Below the pieces are notes generated by a model. It saw only the letters and a list, made by a program, of their open reading frames with translations, did no database searches and was not told where the DNA came from. Positions 20,643 to 30,912 of a stretch of 64,000 nucleotides of DNA are shown here, piece after piece; within the stretch, counting starts at the first letter, position 1, and each line of letters opens with the position of its first letter. Source of the stretch: Alkalispirochaeta sp. GTDB lineage: Bacteria > Spirochaetota > Spirochaetia > DSM-27196 > Alkalispirochaetaceae. The position numbers were made by a program, and so were the translations under genes. The stretch covers positions 3,904,001 through 3,968,000 of the forward strand of contig OZ271854.1 of NCBI GenBank assembly GCA_965601925.1, in the 5' to 3' direction.

Positions 20643-21592
20643 TGCGCCAACGCTCGGAGCGTCGTCTTGAAACGCATCGCCACCTCGGCGTGAAAGCGCC
20701 GAGGCGGGCAATCGACGCACGGACTTAGACTGAGATTAAGGGCGTGAAGCATAAGCGTTGCATCGGGAAAACGGTGGTCGGATCGAGCGTAGATAGGATC
20801 GCCGAGTATCGGGTGGCCGATGTATTGCATATGGACCCGCAGTTGATGGGTACGACCCGTTTGCGGCTTGAGGAGTACCAAACTATAGCCGTCATACGCC
20901 GAGAGGACGCGATATTCGGTGATCGCGTTGCGCGCCCCCACGAGCGGACGATCGGAGTACGACCGACGCACCGAAAATTTGATACGACTGAGCGGATCGC
21001 GGCCCACCGGTTGATCGATGACGCCGCTGTGCTGCGTCGGTGTTCCTTTAATGATCGCCAGATACTCCTTGTGTACGCGCCTGCCTGAGAATTGGGCCAC
21101 CAAATGGGCGTGCGTTATCGCGTTTTTGGCGACGATCATAACGCCGCTGGTATCTTTGTCGAGGCGGTGCACGATGCCGGGACGCATCGCGTCCCCCCCG
21201 TTTGGATCATCGGGACGGAAGTAGCCGCTCTCGCCGTAGCGCCAGACCAGGGCATGGATCAAAGTGCCCGAGCGGTGTCCCGCGCCGGGGTGTACGACCA
21301 TGCCTTGCGGTTTATCGATTACGACGTATTCGTTCTCCTCGGCAATGACGTTGAGTGCGATCTCCTCGCCGTCCACGTGTGTCGGCGGCGTCTCCTCCAG
21401 CACGGCTTGAATCCGGTCGCCCGTCTTCACGCGTGTCGAGAGTTTTGCCGACTTGCCGTTGCAAAGAATACTCCGCAGGCGGCGGCGAAGTTGGCTGCGA
21501 TGTATCTCGGGAAAAAGATCGGCGAGATAGCGATCCAGTCGCGTCGATTTCTCCGGTATCTCTCGAACCCGGAACTCGATTTCGCGATCCAC
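20627..21592 (-). CDS. rluD: RluA-family pseudouridine synthase with S4 domain (RluD-like)
   Basis: RLDRYL S4 domain, KPQGMVVHP, HRLDKDTSG, GRTHQLRVH, GDPIY; start position uncertain. Confidence 0.88.
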   Translation of the reverse strand: MDREIEFRVREIPEKSTRLDRYLADLFPEIHRSQLRRRLRSILCNGKSAKLSTRVKTGDRIQAVLEETPPTHVDGEEIALNVIAEENEYVVIDKPQGMVVHPGAGHRSGTLIHALVWRYGESGYFRPDDPNGGDAMRPGIVHRLDKDTSGVMIVAKNAITHAHLVAQFSGRRVHKEYLAIIKGTPTQHSGVIDQPVGRDPLSRIKFSVRRSYSDRPLVGARNAITEYRVLSAYDGYSLVLLKPQTGRTHQLRVHMQYIGHPILGDPIYARSDHRFPDATLMLHALNLSLSPCVDCPPRRFHAEVAMRFKTTLRALAHHSSR

Positions 21593-21596
21593 GGCG

Positions 21597-22034
21597 TCAA
21601 TTCTGATCCCTGGCACGGCGCTCTCGCCGACCGAGAAGGTAGTCCGCGACGGCCACTCCGACGCTGATGACGACACCCGAGACGACGAGACCCACGCGTT
21701 CCTGATTGTTGTATACCGGACCGCCCTCGGGCGAAAAAAACCACGGTGCGGAGTCGGCGTCGGCCTCTCCGGCTCTGATGCTTCGGTAGGTGAAGCGTCC
21801 CACTTGGTAGCCCAAGCCGCTGACGATCATCGCGATGGGAAAGACACCCAGGGCGATGATCTCGCCGCGTCTCAGGTCGCGACTCCATTGGGGGAACTCG
21901 TCCGGAGAATAGGGTACCGGATCGTCGATGCCCGGAATGGTCCCCTCGCCGTCGCTCTCTTGGGCCGGCAAAACGGCCGACACGGTTACAAGCAGCACCG
22001 TCGCGACGATCCGCGCGAGTGTCTTCAGCTTCAC
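21597..22034 (-). CDS. Hypothetical membrane protein with signal peptide
   Basis: Signal peptide, PYSPDEFPQWSRDLRRGEII, two hydrophobic segments; start overlaps the yggS stop. Confidence 0.75.
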   Translation of the reverse strand: MKLKTLARIVATVLLVTVSAVLPAQESDGEGTIPGIDDPVPYSPDEFPQWSRDLRRGEIIALGVFPIAMIVSGLGYQVGRFTYRSIRAGEADADSAPWFFSPEGGPVYNNQERVGLVVSGVVISVGVAVADYLLGRRERRARDQN

Positions 22035-22723
22035 GTCGTGCGTTCTCCGAAGAGTGCGGTGCCGACGCGAACCGTCGTAGCGCCTTCGAGAATCGCCTCT
22101 TCCAGATCGTTGCTCATTCCCATGGAGAGTTCCGGAAGATCCTTCGCCGGTAACTGCGTTGCGAGGCGGTCGCGATAGTCCCTGAGCATGGCAAAGGCGC
22201 GCCGCAGTATCCGCTCATCTCTACTGATCGGACCGATGGTCATGAGTCCCCGTAGCTCCAATCGCGGTGCATCGACGATCGCTGCGGCCACGTCGACCAG
22301 TTCCTCATAGGTGCGGACGCCGTGTTTTTGCTCCTCTCCGGACGTGTTGACCTCCACGAGGACCGACATACTCCGATCCACCTCCGCGAGGCGAGCATCC
22401 AGCGCCGCCACGGTACGCTCGGCGTCGATCGAGTCGACGGCGTGGTAGAGGGAGGCGGCCTCACGCGCTTTGTTGCGCTGAAGGTGGCCGACGAGGTGAA
22501 TCTCCGCATCGTCGGGGAAGAGAGACGTTTTGTCGCGCGTCTCCTGGACGCGACTCTCGCCGAACAGGCGTAGTCCCAAGGCGAGCGCCTCCGAAACGCG
22601 CGTATCGCTCTGGCGCTTGCTGACGGCCATGAGACGCACCGTCTCCTCGCGGCGCCCCGCCTTTGCGCACGCCGTCGCGATTCGTTCGTTGATCCGAGTC
22701 AAGTTTTCTGCGACCGAGGACAT
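22031..22723 (-). CDS. yggS: PLP homeostasis protein, YggS/PROSC family
   Basis: LMAVSK, FGESRVQE, GHLQRNK, LRGLMT, LSMGMSND, VRVGTALFG. Confidence 0.96.
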   Translation of the reverse strand: MSSVAENLTRINERIATACAKAGRREETVRLMAVSKRQSDTRVSEALALGLRLFGESRVQETRDKTSLFPDDAEIHLVGHLQRNKAREAASLYHAVDSIDAERTVAALDARLAEVDRSMSVLVEVNTSGEEQKHGVRTYEELVDVAAAIVDAPRLELRGLMTIGPISRDERILRRAFAMLRDYRDRLATQLPAKDLPELSMGMSNDLEEAILEGATTVRVGTALFGERTT

Positions 22724-22751
22724 CGGCCCATACTACCATCGCCGCGTCGTG

Positions 22752-22780
22752 TTGACGAGAGCCCCGCACACCGATAGATT
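22752..22780 (+). promoter_or_regulatory. Putative sigma70 promoter of pdxS
   Basis: TTGACG(22752-22757)-17nt-TAGATT(22775-22780). Confidence 0.6.
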
Positions 22781-22813
22781 TTTCGTATTCGCTGTTGAAA
22801 GTAGGATGTATCG

Positions 22814-23719
22814 ATGAACGAGACTCTATGGTCGAAACGCCAGACCTCAACGTGGCGCACAAAAGTCGGACTGGCTGAGATGCTCAAAGGTGGCGTCATC
22901 ATGGACGTCACGACGGCCGAGCAGGCGAAAATCGCCGCCGATGCCGGGGCTCAAGCGGTTATGGCGCTGGAGCGCGTGCCGGCCGATATTCGCGCCCACG
23001 GCGGCGTCGCCCGGATGAGCGATCCGGCCATGATTGAAGAGATACAGAAGGCGGTAACCATTCCCGTTATGGCCAAGTGTCGTATCGGGCACATCACCGA
23101 GGCGCGCATTTTGGAGGCGATGGGCGTGGACTTCATCGATGAGAGTGAGGTGCTGACGCCCGCGGACGATCGCTTTCACGTGGACAAGCACGGATACAAG
23201 GTTCCGTTCGTGTGCGGGTGCCGCAATCTCGGCGAGGCCCTTCGGCGTATCGGCGAGGGAGCCGCTCTTATTCGTACCAAGGGAGAGGCGGGTACCGGCG
23301 ACATCGTGGAGGCGGTACGACACCTTCGGACATTGCACGAGGACATGCGCTCCCTGCGGAATCTCCCGTCGGAGGAGCTCATGACCCGCGCGAAGGAGCT
23401 CGGCGCTCCCTACGACCTCGTGGCTGAGATTGCCGGCACCGGAACGCTTCCTGTTCCCAACTTCTCCGCCGGCGGCGTTGCAACGCCCGCCGACGCTGCG
23501 CTCATGATACAACTCGGCGCCGAAGCGGTGTTCGTCGGCTCCGGCGTCTTCAAATCCGACGACCCGGCCCGACGCGCCCGGGCGATCGTCGACGCGGTCG
23601 CCTACCACGACGATCCCGACAAACTGATCGAAATTTCGCGCGGTATCGGCGAACCGATGACCGGGATCAACGTATCGGCAATGCCGGACGCGGAGCGAAT
23701 CGCCGGACGCGGCTGGTAG
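22814..23719 (+). CDS. pdxS: Pyridoxal 5'-phosphate synthase lyase subunit
   Basis: [55 protein letters not shown]. Confidence 0.98.
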   Translation: MNETLWSKRQTSTWRTKVGLAEMLKGGVIMDVTTAEQAKIAADAGAQAVMALERVPADIRAHGGVARMSDPAMIEEIQKAVTIPVMAKCRIGHITEARILEAMGVDFIDESEVLTPADDRFHVDKHGYKVPFVCGCRNLGEALRRIGEGAALIRTKGEAGTGDIVEAVRHLRTLHEDMRSLRNLPSEELMTRAKELGAPYDLVAEIAGTGTLPVPNFSAGGVATPADAALMIQLGAEAVFVGSGVFKSDDPARRARAIVDAVAYHDDPDKLIEISRGIGEPMTGINVSAMPDAERIAGRGW

Positions 23720-23740
23720 CGGCGCGCTGCGATAGGACAC

Positions 23741-23763
23741 GGCGGCCGCGGGCCGCCTTTTTT
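23741..23763 (+). terminator. Intrinsic terminator-like hairpin between pdxS and pdxT
   Basis: GGCGGCC-GCG-GGCCGCC followed by TTTTTT. Confidence 0.65.
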
Positions 23764-23777
23764 GTAGGTAGGACACA

Positions 23778-24383
23778 GTGGCAACGATTGGAGTAGTCGC
23801 GTTTCAGGGGGATTTCCAGAAGCATCTCGACGTCCTCGTCGCGATGGGGCATACGGCGAGAGCGGTGCGCCGTCCCGAGGAGCTTGCGGATATCGACGGA
23901 CTCATCATCCCGGGGGGCGAGAGCACGACGATCGGTATGCTCATGGAGCGGTTCGGTCTTATCGGGGCGATCACGGCCGAGGTCGACCGTCGCGGCCTCG
24001 CGATTATGGGCACGTGCGCCGGAGCCATCTTGCTCGCCCAGGAGATCGTCGAAAGTCGTCAAGCGCGGTTGGGGCTCATGCATATCGCGGTGGAGCGCAA
24101 CGCGTATGGACGGCAGATCGATAGTTTCGAGGCCGAGATGGAGGTGCGGAACATCGGAAACGGGCGCATCACGGGGGTCTTCATCCGCGCACCCAAGATC
24201 GTGAGGGTCGGTCCCGAGGTCGAGGTCTTATCGCGATTCGAGGACGACGCGGTGGTCGTCAGAGAGGGACGCTTTCTCGCCCTCACCTTTCATCCGGAGC
24301 TTACCGATGATACGCGGATTCACGCGCTCTTTTTAGATATGGTTGCGGAGGGCAATCCTCACACGGTGCGCTCGATATTATAG
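23778..24383 (+). CDS. pdxT: Pyridoxal 5'-phosphate synthase glutaminase subunit
   Basis: QGDF, IPGGEST, GTCAG, RNAYGRQ, FIRAP, FHPE. Confidence 0.97.
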   Translation: MATIGVVAFQGDFQKHLDVLVAMGHTARAVRRPEELADIDGLIIPGGESTTIGMLMERFGLIGAITAEVDRRGLAIMGTCAGAILLAQEIVESRQARLGLMHIAVERNAYGRQIDSFEAEMEVRNIGNGRITGVFIRAPKIVRVGPEVEVLSRFEDDAVVVREGRFLALTFHPELTDDTRIHALFLDMVAEGNPHTVRSIL

Positions 24384-25411
24384 TCGACGAACGCCTTGAG
24401 AACGGCGCGACCCACATCACCGATCGCCAGCTCCGCGATCACCGCCGAAGCGGCGCGTTCGTCCTCGTCGATGATCGATTTCACCTCCTCGAGAACGCCG
24501 CGATCGACGATGGCACGCCGGACTTCATCGATCGCCGCTCCATCGATGCGCGAAGAGCCGAAGTGGCGGCGTACCGGATCGGCGTCCTCGGTGCGTTCAA
24601 AAAGCAGTGAGCGAAAGAGCGTCTTCTTGTCCTCTCTGATATCGCTCCCGACCGGTTTGCCCGTATCCTCACTCTCTCCGAATATACCGAGATAATCGTC
24701 CCTGATTTGAAAGATACGTCCGACGTGCTCGCCGAATCGGGCGAGGAGTCGTTGCCGCTCCTCCGATACGCCCGCGAGGATCGCTCCGATCATCAATGGG
24801 AGACTGAAGGTGTATCGCCCGGTTTTGTAGGTGTAAACATCGAGAATAGCCTGCCGCGGTACCTCTTCACGGTACCCGTGATGCACATCCTGCATTTGTG
24901 CCAACCCGACTACGGCTATCTCACGGGAGACCAGCGAGAGAATCGCCGCGCGGCGCGCGTCGTCGGTATCGAGGGCGGCAAGGCGTTCCATGGCCAAAAA
25001 GGCCGCCACGTCGCCCGCGCATATTCCCATCGACAGGCCGTACTGTTCGGCACGCTCGGGCGGGCCGACAAGCAACGATTCGTACTGACTGTGAACCGCC
25101 GGACGGCCTCGGCGTATCGCGTCCTGGTCCATGATATCGTCGTGGACGAGCAGAAATGACTGGATCAGCTCCATCGCCACACCCGCCTCGACGCAGGCCG
25201 ACGGGACCGGTAAATCGGGACGAAACATGGAGAATCCGACGCGTACCAGGGCGCCCCGAATGAGCTTCCCCCCTTGCGTGTACTCCGCGAGACGTCGTTG
25301 TACGTCGGACCCCCACGGCGATAGGTGTAGGATCCCGGCGGCCTCGTCGCGAAAGTACCGTTCGAGGCGATTACGAAGATTCGTACGCGCTTGTTCAATC
25401 ATAGGATGCAT
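24359..25411 (-). CDS. crtE: Polyprenyl diphosphate synthase (GGPP synthase-like)
   Basis: GGKLIRG, HDDIMDQDAIRRG (first Asp-rich motif), KTGRY, FQIRDDYL, GKPVGSDIREDK; adjacent to phytoene synthase. Confidence 0.85.
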   Translation of the reverse strand: MHPMIEQARTNLRNRLERYFRDEAAGILHLSPWGSDVQRRLAEYTQGGKLIRGALVRVGFSMFRPDLPVPSACVEAGVAMELIQSFLLVHDDIMDQDAIRRGRPAVHSQYESLLVGPPERAEQYGLSMGICAGDVAAFLAMERLAALDTDDARRAAILSLVSREIAVVGLAQMQDVHHGYREEVPRQAILDVYTYKTGRYTFSLPLMIGAILAGVSEERQRLLARFGEHVGRIFQIRDDYLGIFGESEDTGKPVGSDIREDKKTLFRSLLFERTEDADPVRRHFGSSRIDGAAIDEVRRAIVDRGVLEEVKSIIDEDERAASAVIAELAIGDVGRAVLKAFVDYNIERTV

Positions 25412-25444
25412 CAGTGGTGTACTCCTGGTGGTGTGCTATCGCTA

Positions 25445-26266
25445 TCAACAATGGAAAGCGTTAAACAACCCGGTGAAGACGATGCGGGCGCGATTCGGCT
25501 TCACCTTGCGGTCGAACACGATGAAAGGATTCTGGGCGATCATGTGGCCCGTCCATTTATACATGTCCCCTGCGGTCTTGATCGCGATGCGGTAGCGTTT
25601 GGGGATCAGGTGATAGCCCGCCTCAGCCTCGGCCTGCCATTCGACGTACCGTTCAAGCTGTGCGTTGATGAAGGACCTGAACTCCTTCGGATACTTGCGT
25701 GCCACCGCCTCATTCAGGGAATCCAGCGAAGTCTCCGAGATCGGAAGGTATGTACGCCCCAGCGTGTTGTCTTCGGCGATATCGCGAATGAAGTTGATGT
25801 ATTGCATCGCCCGTCCGAGGAGGCGCGCGGAATGCATCGCGTTTTCGTCGAGGCCCATGATACGCGCCATGAAGAGGCCGATAACCTCCGCCGATCCGTA
25901 TATGTACTCAAGGGACTCCTTGAGCGTCGCGTGAACGGAGACGTCCAGATCCATGGCCATGGAGGCGAGAAACGCCTCGGTCCACCCCGTTTCGAAGTTC
26001 CTGCGCTCAGCCAGGGCGACGTATCCGTCTATGATCGGGTCCCCACTCGGCGAACCGGCCGTAGCGCGACGATACCGCGCGACGAAGTCGTGAAACCCGT
26101 CCCGATCCTGGGGAATACTATCGACGAGATTGTCCGCCGTTCTGACGAATCCGTAGAGCAGAAAAACGTCGCGTCTCACGGGCTCCGGAAAGAAGCGCGT
26201 CGAGTTAAAGTACGTCTTGCTGCCGTGTTTGAACGTTTCATAATGGACTTCGCCAAGGTGCGTCAT
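25445..26266 (-). CDS. crtB: Phytoene/squalene synthase family protein (phytoene synthase)
   Basis: SKTY, LYGFVRTADNLVD, MAMDL, YIYGSAEVIG, MQYINFIRDIAED, GRTYLP; GGAAGG ribosome-binding site before the ATG at 26266. Confidence 0.9.
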   Translation of the reverse strand: MTHLGEVHYETFKHGSKTYFNSTRFFPEPVRRDVFLLYGFVRTADNLVDSIPQDRDGFHDFVARYRRATAGSPSGDPIIDGYVALAERRNFETGWTEAFLASMAMDLDVSVHATLKESLEYIYGSAEVIGLFMARIMGLDENAMHSARLLGRAMQYINFIRDIAEDNTLGRTYLPISETSLDSLNEAVARKYPKEFRSFINAQLERYVEWQAEAEAGYHLIPKRYRIAIKTAGDMYKWTGHMIAQNPFIVFDRKVKPNRARIVFTGLFNAFHC

Positions 26267-26558
26267 AACCTTCCTTTCGGTAGTTAAGATACTGTTTATT
26301 GTCGACGGAAACAAAGTGTGCTTTGTCCGCGCTATTGAATGCGTTTGGTTCGTCGGTGCGCAAAAATGGGATCGAAAACCGGACTCGGTTCAATGTTTGT
26401 GTCATTTTCTTTAAAAAAATGATTGGTTTTCTGTTTGATGAGGCGAATTTGCACCTATTCTCGTCTTTTTTTGTGCTTGTTGAGTTCGTTTCGGGTTGAC
26501 TTTGTCGTTGAAAGCTGAAAAATTGTACCGATACTGACCGGACGAGGAGAAAAAGATC

Positions 26559-28268
26559 ATGCATACCAAGACCGGAGCGGAAGTCATCGTCGATATGATT
26601 CACCATCACGGTGTAGAATATATATTCGGATATCCGGGAGGAGCCGCGATTCCCATTTTTGATGCCATCGTCGACTCCCCGGTCCAGTTTGTCCTAACGC
26701 GTCACGAACAGGGCGCCACGCACATGGCCGACGGCTACGCACGGGCGACGGGAAAACCGGCGGTCGTCCTCGTGACATCCGGTCCGGGCGCGACCAATAC
26801 GATTACCGGAATCCTCACCGCCCACATGGACTCTGTGCCGATGATCATCGTCACCGGCCAGCAGACGACATGGAATCTCGGTATGGACGCCTTTCAGGAG
26901 GCCGACGTCTCGGGCATCTCTTACCCCGTCGTGAAGCACTCCTATCTCGTGAAGGACGCCAAGGATCTCCCGTGGATCATGAAAGAGGCGTTCTACATCT
27001 GTCAGACCGGTCGTCCCGGTCCGGTTCTGATCGACGTTCCGAAGGATGTATCGAGCGCCACGATCGAGACCGACTACACCGAGACGTTCGATCTTCCGGG
27101 ATACTTCGTTCCGGGTGAGGCGGATCCCTCTTTAATCGAGAAGGCGGCACGCATGGTGGGCCGCGCACGCCGGCCGGTGCTCCTCGTGGGGCACGGAGCG
27201 GTGATCTCCGGGGCCGAGAAGGCAATCATGTATTTGGCGGAAAAAATGCAGATTCCCGTCGTGAACACGTTGCTCGGCAAAGGCGGATTCCCCGAGACCC
27301 ATCCCCTCTCACTGGGTATGCTCGGTATGCACGGCACCGCGTATGCGAACAAAGCGGTGGAACATTGCGATTTGATCATGTCGATCGGGTCGAGGTGGGA
27401 CGATCGCATCGTCGGTGACCCCGGGCGCTTTTGTAAAGCAGCGGAGAAGATCCACGTCGATATCGACGCGGCGGAGTTCGAGAAGGTGTTGCCGATGGAC
27501 GTTAACATTCAGGGTGATGCGGCGCTCGTGGTCGATCAGATCACCGCGATGGCCGAACCGGGCGACACCGCCGACTGGTTGACGCGAATCGAGGTGTGGC
27601 GCCGGGAGTTTCCCCTCAAGTACAAAAAGAGCGGTAAGCTCAAGGCGGAACACGTCCTCGACGAGATCTATCGCCAGAGCGAGGGGAACGCCTACGTCGC
27701 GACCGATGTGGGGCAGCACCAAATGTGGGCCGCACAGTATTATCTGATCGATCATCGGTTTCAGTGGATTACCAGCGGCGGCGCGGGCACGATGGGATTC
27801 GGGCTCCCCGCAGCTATCGGAGCGCAATTCGCCCATCGCGATTCGACGGTCGTTGCGATCGTCGGTGACGGCGGGTTCCAGATGACGATGTGCGAGCTGG
27901 CTACGGCGGTGATTAACAAACTTCCGATCAAGATCGTCATCATCAACAACGCCTACCTCGGTATGGTGCGTCAGTGGCAGGAGCTCTTCTTCGAGAATCG
28001 CCTCTCCGGGGTCGACATGGAGGGCAACCCGAACTTCGTGAAGCTTGCCGAGAGTTTCGGCGTCAAGGGGTTCCGTCTCAAGCGCAGTGCAGACGTGAAG
28101 CGGGTGATCGCCTCCGCCCTCGCCTACAACGACGGGCCGTGTCTCATCGATGTGGAAGTCGCGAAGGAAGACAACGTCTATCCGATGATTCCGGCGGGGC
28201 GCAGCTACTCCGATATGCTCGTCGAACCTCCCAAGCAAAAACTCGAAAAACCGGTGGGGAGCACGTAA
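26559..28268 (+). CDS. ilvB: Acetolactate synthase large subunit
   Basis: [44 protein letters not shown]...NN ThDP motif. Confidence 0.97.
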   Translation: MHTKTGAEVIVDMIHHHGVEYIFGYPGGAAIPIFDAIVDSPVQFVLTRHEQGATHMADGYARATGKPAVVLVTSGPGATNTITGILTAHMDSVPMIIVTGQQTTWNLGMDAFQEADVSGISYPVVKHSYLVKDAKDLPWIMKEAFYICQTGRPGPVLIDVPKDVSSATIETDYTETFDLPGYFVPGEADPSLIEKAARMVGRARRPVLLVGHGAVISGAEKAIMYLAEKMQIPVVNTLLGKGGFPETHPLSLGMLGMHGTAYANKAVEHCDLIMSIGSRWDDRIVGDPGRFCKAAEKIHVDIDAAEFEKVLPMDVNIQGDAALVVDQITAMAEPGDTADWLTRIEVWRREFPLKYKKSGKLKAEHVLDEIYRQSEGNAYVATDVGQHQMWAAQYYLIDHRFQWITSGGAGTMGFGLPAAIGAQFAHRDSTVVAIVGDGGFQMTMCELATAVINKLPIKIVIINNAYLGMVRQWQELFFENRLSGVDMEGNPNFVKLAESFGVKGFRLKRSADVKRVIASALAYNDGPCLIDVEVAKEDNVYPMIPAGRSYSDMLVEPPKQKLEKPVGST

Positions 28269-28804
28269 TGCAAAACATGAGTATGGCGCAGGTAGCGCCG
28301 ATGCAGACGGGATACCGAAAGCATACGATCAGCCTGAAAGTGGCGAACAGACCGGGTGTGCTTATTCGCATCAGCCTCGTTTTTGCCCGTCGCGGGTACA
28401 ACATCGACAGTTTGGTCGTCTCCCCGTCCAACGATCCCGCTTTCTCGATGATGAACATCGTCGCCTCGGGAGACGAGAAGACGTTGGATCAAATCCTCAA
28501 GCAACTCAATAAGCTTATCGACGTCGTGCACGCGACGGACCGTACCGGCGAGGACATCGTCCAACGCGAGTTGGCCCTGGTCAAACTTGAGTGCTCGCAG
28601 GAGGAGCGCAGCGAGCTTCTGCAGCTCGCCCACGCGCTCAAGTGCGAAACGGTCGACCTCGACGGCGGCACACTGACCGTGCAAGTCACCGGCTCGAGTG
28701 AGAAGCTCGATAGCGCTATCGAGGTCTTTGCATCCTACCGGGTGCTGGAGCTCGTCAGAACGGGGAAGGTGCTTATGGCACGGGGCGATCAACGGACTGC
28801 GTGA
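28268..28804 (+). CDS. ilvN: Acetolactate synthase small subunit
   Basis: ACT domain (NRPGVL...[11 protein letters not shown]...KQLNKLIDV), RELALVK, ELVRTG. Confidence 0.96.
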   Translation: MQNMSMAQVAPMQTGYRKHTISLKVANRPGVLIRISLVFARRGYNIDSLVVSPSNDPAFSMMNIVASGDEKTLDQILKQLNKLIDVVHATDRTGEDIVQRELALVKLECSQEERSELLQLAHALKCETVDLDGGTLTVQVTGSSEKLDSAIEVFASYRVLELVRTGKVLMARGDQRTA

Positions 28805-28841
28805 CCGCATTCGATCTTTCGATACATCCATGGAGAGAGGC

Positions 28842-30254
28842 ATGAAAAAAAACTTGTTCAACACCGTATGGGATCTTCACAAGGTGGGAACGCTGGAGTC
28901 GGGACAGGATCAACTCTTTATCGGGTTGCATATGATTCACGAGGTGACCTCGCCGCAGGCGTTTCAAATGTTGGCCGAGCGCGGGCTTAAGGTACTTCGA
29001 CCCGACCGTACCTTTGCAACGGTGGACCATATTGTGCCGACGGCGGATCTGGAACGTCCGTTCAAGGACCGCCTTGCCGAGGAGATGATGCAGGCGTTGG
29101 AGCGCAACACCGCCGAGCATGGGATCGAGTTCTTCGGCCTTCACACCGACCACCAAGGAATCGTACACATCATCGGCCCCGAGTTGGGTCTTACCCAACC
29201 GGCGATGACGATCGCCTGCGGAGACAGCCACACCTCGACGCACGGTGCTTTCGGCGCGATCGGGTTTGGAATCGGCACGTCGCAGATCCGGGATGTCCTC
29301 GCCACGCAGACGATGGCGCTGAGCCGCCCCAAAGTTCGTAAGATCGACGTGTCCGGACACCTCGCCTCGGGCGTATACGCCAAGGATATCATTTTGCGCA
29401 TCATCGCGGAGCTCGGTGTGAACGGCGGTATCGGATACGCCTACGAGTACGCGGGCGATGCGATACACGCTCTTTCCATGGAGGAGCGCATGACGATCTG
29501 CAACATGAGCATCGAGGGCGGCGCGCGCGTCGGATACGTCAATCCCGACGAGACGACCTTCGAGTACCTGCGGGGGCGCCGCTATGCGCCGAAAGGCGAC
29601 GCCTTCGAGCGCGCCGTCGAGTTCTGGCAGGGGGTCGCGAGTGGAGACGACGCCGAGTATGACGATGTGTTCCACCTTGATGCCGATTCATTGCGCCCTA
29701 TGGTGACGTGGGGTATTACCCCGGGGCAGGCCATCCCCGTCGACGAGAGAATCCCGGCGGTGGCGGAGTTGCCCGAGGACCAGCAGGAGACGGCCGAAAA
29801 GGCGTTGGCGCACATGGGGTTTGCCGAGCGGGAGCGCATTAAGGGTAAGAAGATCGACGTCGCCTTTCTCGGAAGCTGCACCAATGGACGAATCAGCGAT
29901 CTGCGAGAGGCCGCCCGAATCGTGAAGGGGAACAAAGTCGCGCGAGGGGTGCGCGCCTTTGTCGTGCCGGGATCCAAGCAGGTCTCAATCCAGGCCGAGC
30001 GCGAGGGACTGCCGGATATCTTTCGCGACGCCGGTTTCGACTGGCGCGGCTCGGGCTGTTCGATGTGCCTCGGGATGAACCCCGACCAGCTCAAGGGACG
30101 GGAGATGTCGGCGTCGAGCTCCAACCGTAACTTCGTCGGCCGCCAAGGCTCCCCCACCGGACGGACGCTGTTGATGAGTCCCGCGATGGTGGCCGTTGCG
30201 GCGATTACCGGCGAAGTATCGGATGCGCGCGAGTTTACGCACCTCTCCGCGTAG
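28842..30254 (+). CDS. leuC: 3-isopropylmalate dehydratase large subunit
   Basis: [36 protein letters not shown]. Confidence 0.97.
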   Translation: MKKNLFNTVWDLHKVGTLESGQDQLFIGLHMIHEVTSPQAFQMLAERGLKVLRPDRTFATVDHIVPTADLERPFKDRLAEEMMQALERNTAEHGIEFFGLHTDHQGIVHIIGPELGLTQPAMTIACGDSHTSTHGAFGAIGFGIGTSQIRDVLATQTMALSRPKVRKIDVSGHLASGVYAKDIILRIIAELGVNGGIGYAYEYAGDAIHALSMEERMTICNMSIEGGARVGYVNPDETTFEYLRGRRYAPKGDAFERAVEFWQGVASGDDAEYDDVFHLDADSLRPMVTWGITPGQAIPVDERIPAVAELPEDQQETAEKALAHMGFAERERIKGKKIDVAFLGSCTNGRISDLREAARIVKGNKVARGVRAFVVPGSKQVSIQAEREGLPDIFRDAGFDWRGSGCSMCLGMNPDQLKGREMSASSSNRNFVGRQGSPTGRTLLMSPAMVAVAAITGEVSDAREFTHLSA

Positions 30255-30276
30255 TCTCGAGGAGAAAGGAGCTGAC

Positions 30277-30897
30277 ATGCAGGAAATTAAGCACGCGATC
30301 AAACACGTCGACGGTACGGGCATCGTCGTCAGAGGGAACGACATCGACACCGATCAGATTATCCCGGCGCGATACATGAAAGTAGTCACTTTCGACGGTC
30401 TGGGAGAGTACGCCTTCTACGATGTGCGCTACGACGCCGACGGATCGAAGAAATCGCATCCCTTCAACGATGAGCGTTACGACGGCGCCTCCATTCTGAT
30501 TGTGAATCGGAACTTCGGGTGCGGATCGTCGCGCGAACACGCGCCCCAGGCGCTCATGCGGTCCGGGATTCGCATCGTTATCGGCGAGTCATTTGCCGAG
30601 ATATTCGCGGGAAACTGTACGGCTATGGGCGTCCCGACGGTTATTCTCGGCGCGCGGGAGGTCGAGGAGATCATGGGGACCGTCGAGGCCGATCCAGGGA
30701 CGACGATCTCGGTGGATCTTCCTTCGTCGACGATAACGGTCGGCTCTCAGGACTACGAGTTCTCGATGGCACCGGCGTACCGTAGTGCGCTCATCGCCGG
30801 AAGTTGGGATTCGACGTCGGTGCTCCTCTCTCATGTGGACGCCGTGGAGGCGTTGGGATCGCGGATTCCCTATCTCAACGATTTTGCAACACCATAG
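30277..30897 (+). CDS. leuD: 3-isopropylmalate dehydratase small subunit
   Basis: DIDTDQIIPAR, NFGCGSSREHAP, SFAEIF. Confidence 0.97.
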   Translation: MQEIKHAIKHVDGTGIVVRGNDIDTDQIIPARYMKVVTFDGLGEYAFYDVRYDADGSKKSHPFNDERYDGASILIVNRNFGCGSSREHAPQALMRSGIRIVIGESFAEIFAGNCTAMGVPTVILGAREVEEIMGTVEADPGTTISVDLPSSTITVGSQDYEFSMAPAYRSALIAGSWDSTSVLLSHVDAVEALGSRIPYLNDFATP

Positions 30898-30912
30898 GAG
30901 GAGCGGCATACC

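Noticed and set aside
26299..26499. 66-aa ORF upstream of ilvB as a possible attenuator leader peptide
   Set aside because: No run of Leu/Ile/Val control codons positioned before the stem and no ribosome-binding site; Phe-rich only because the DNA is T-rich.
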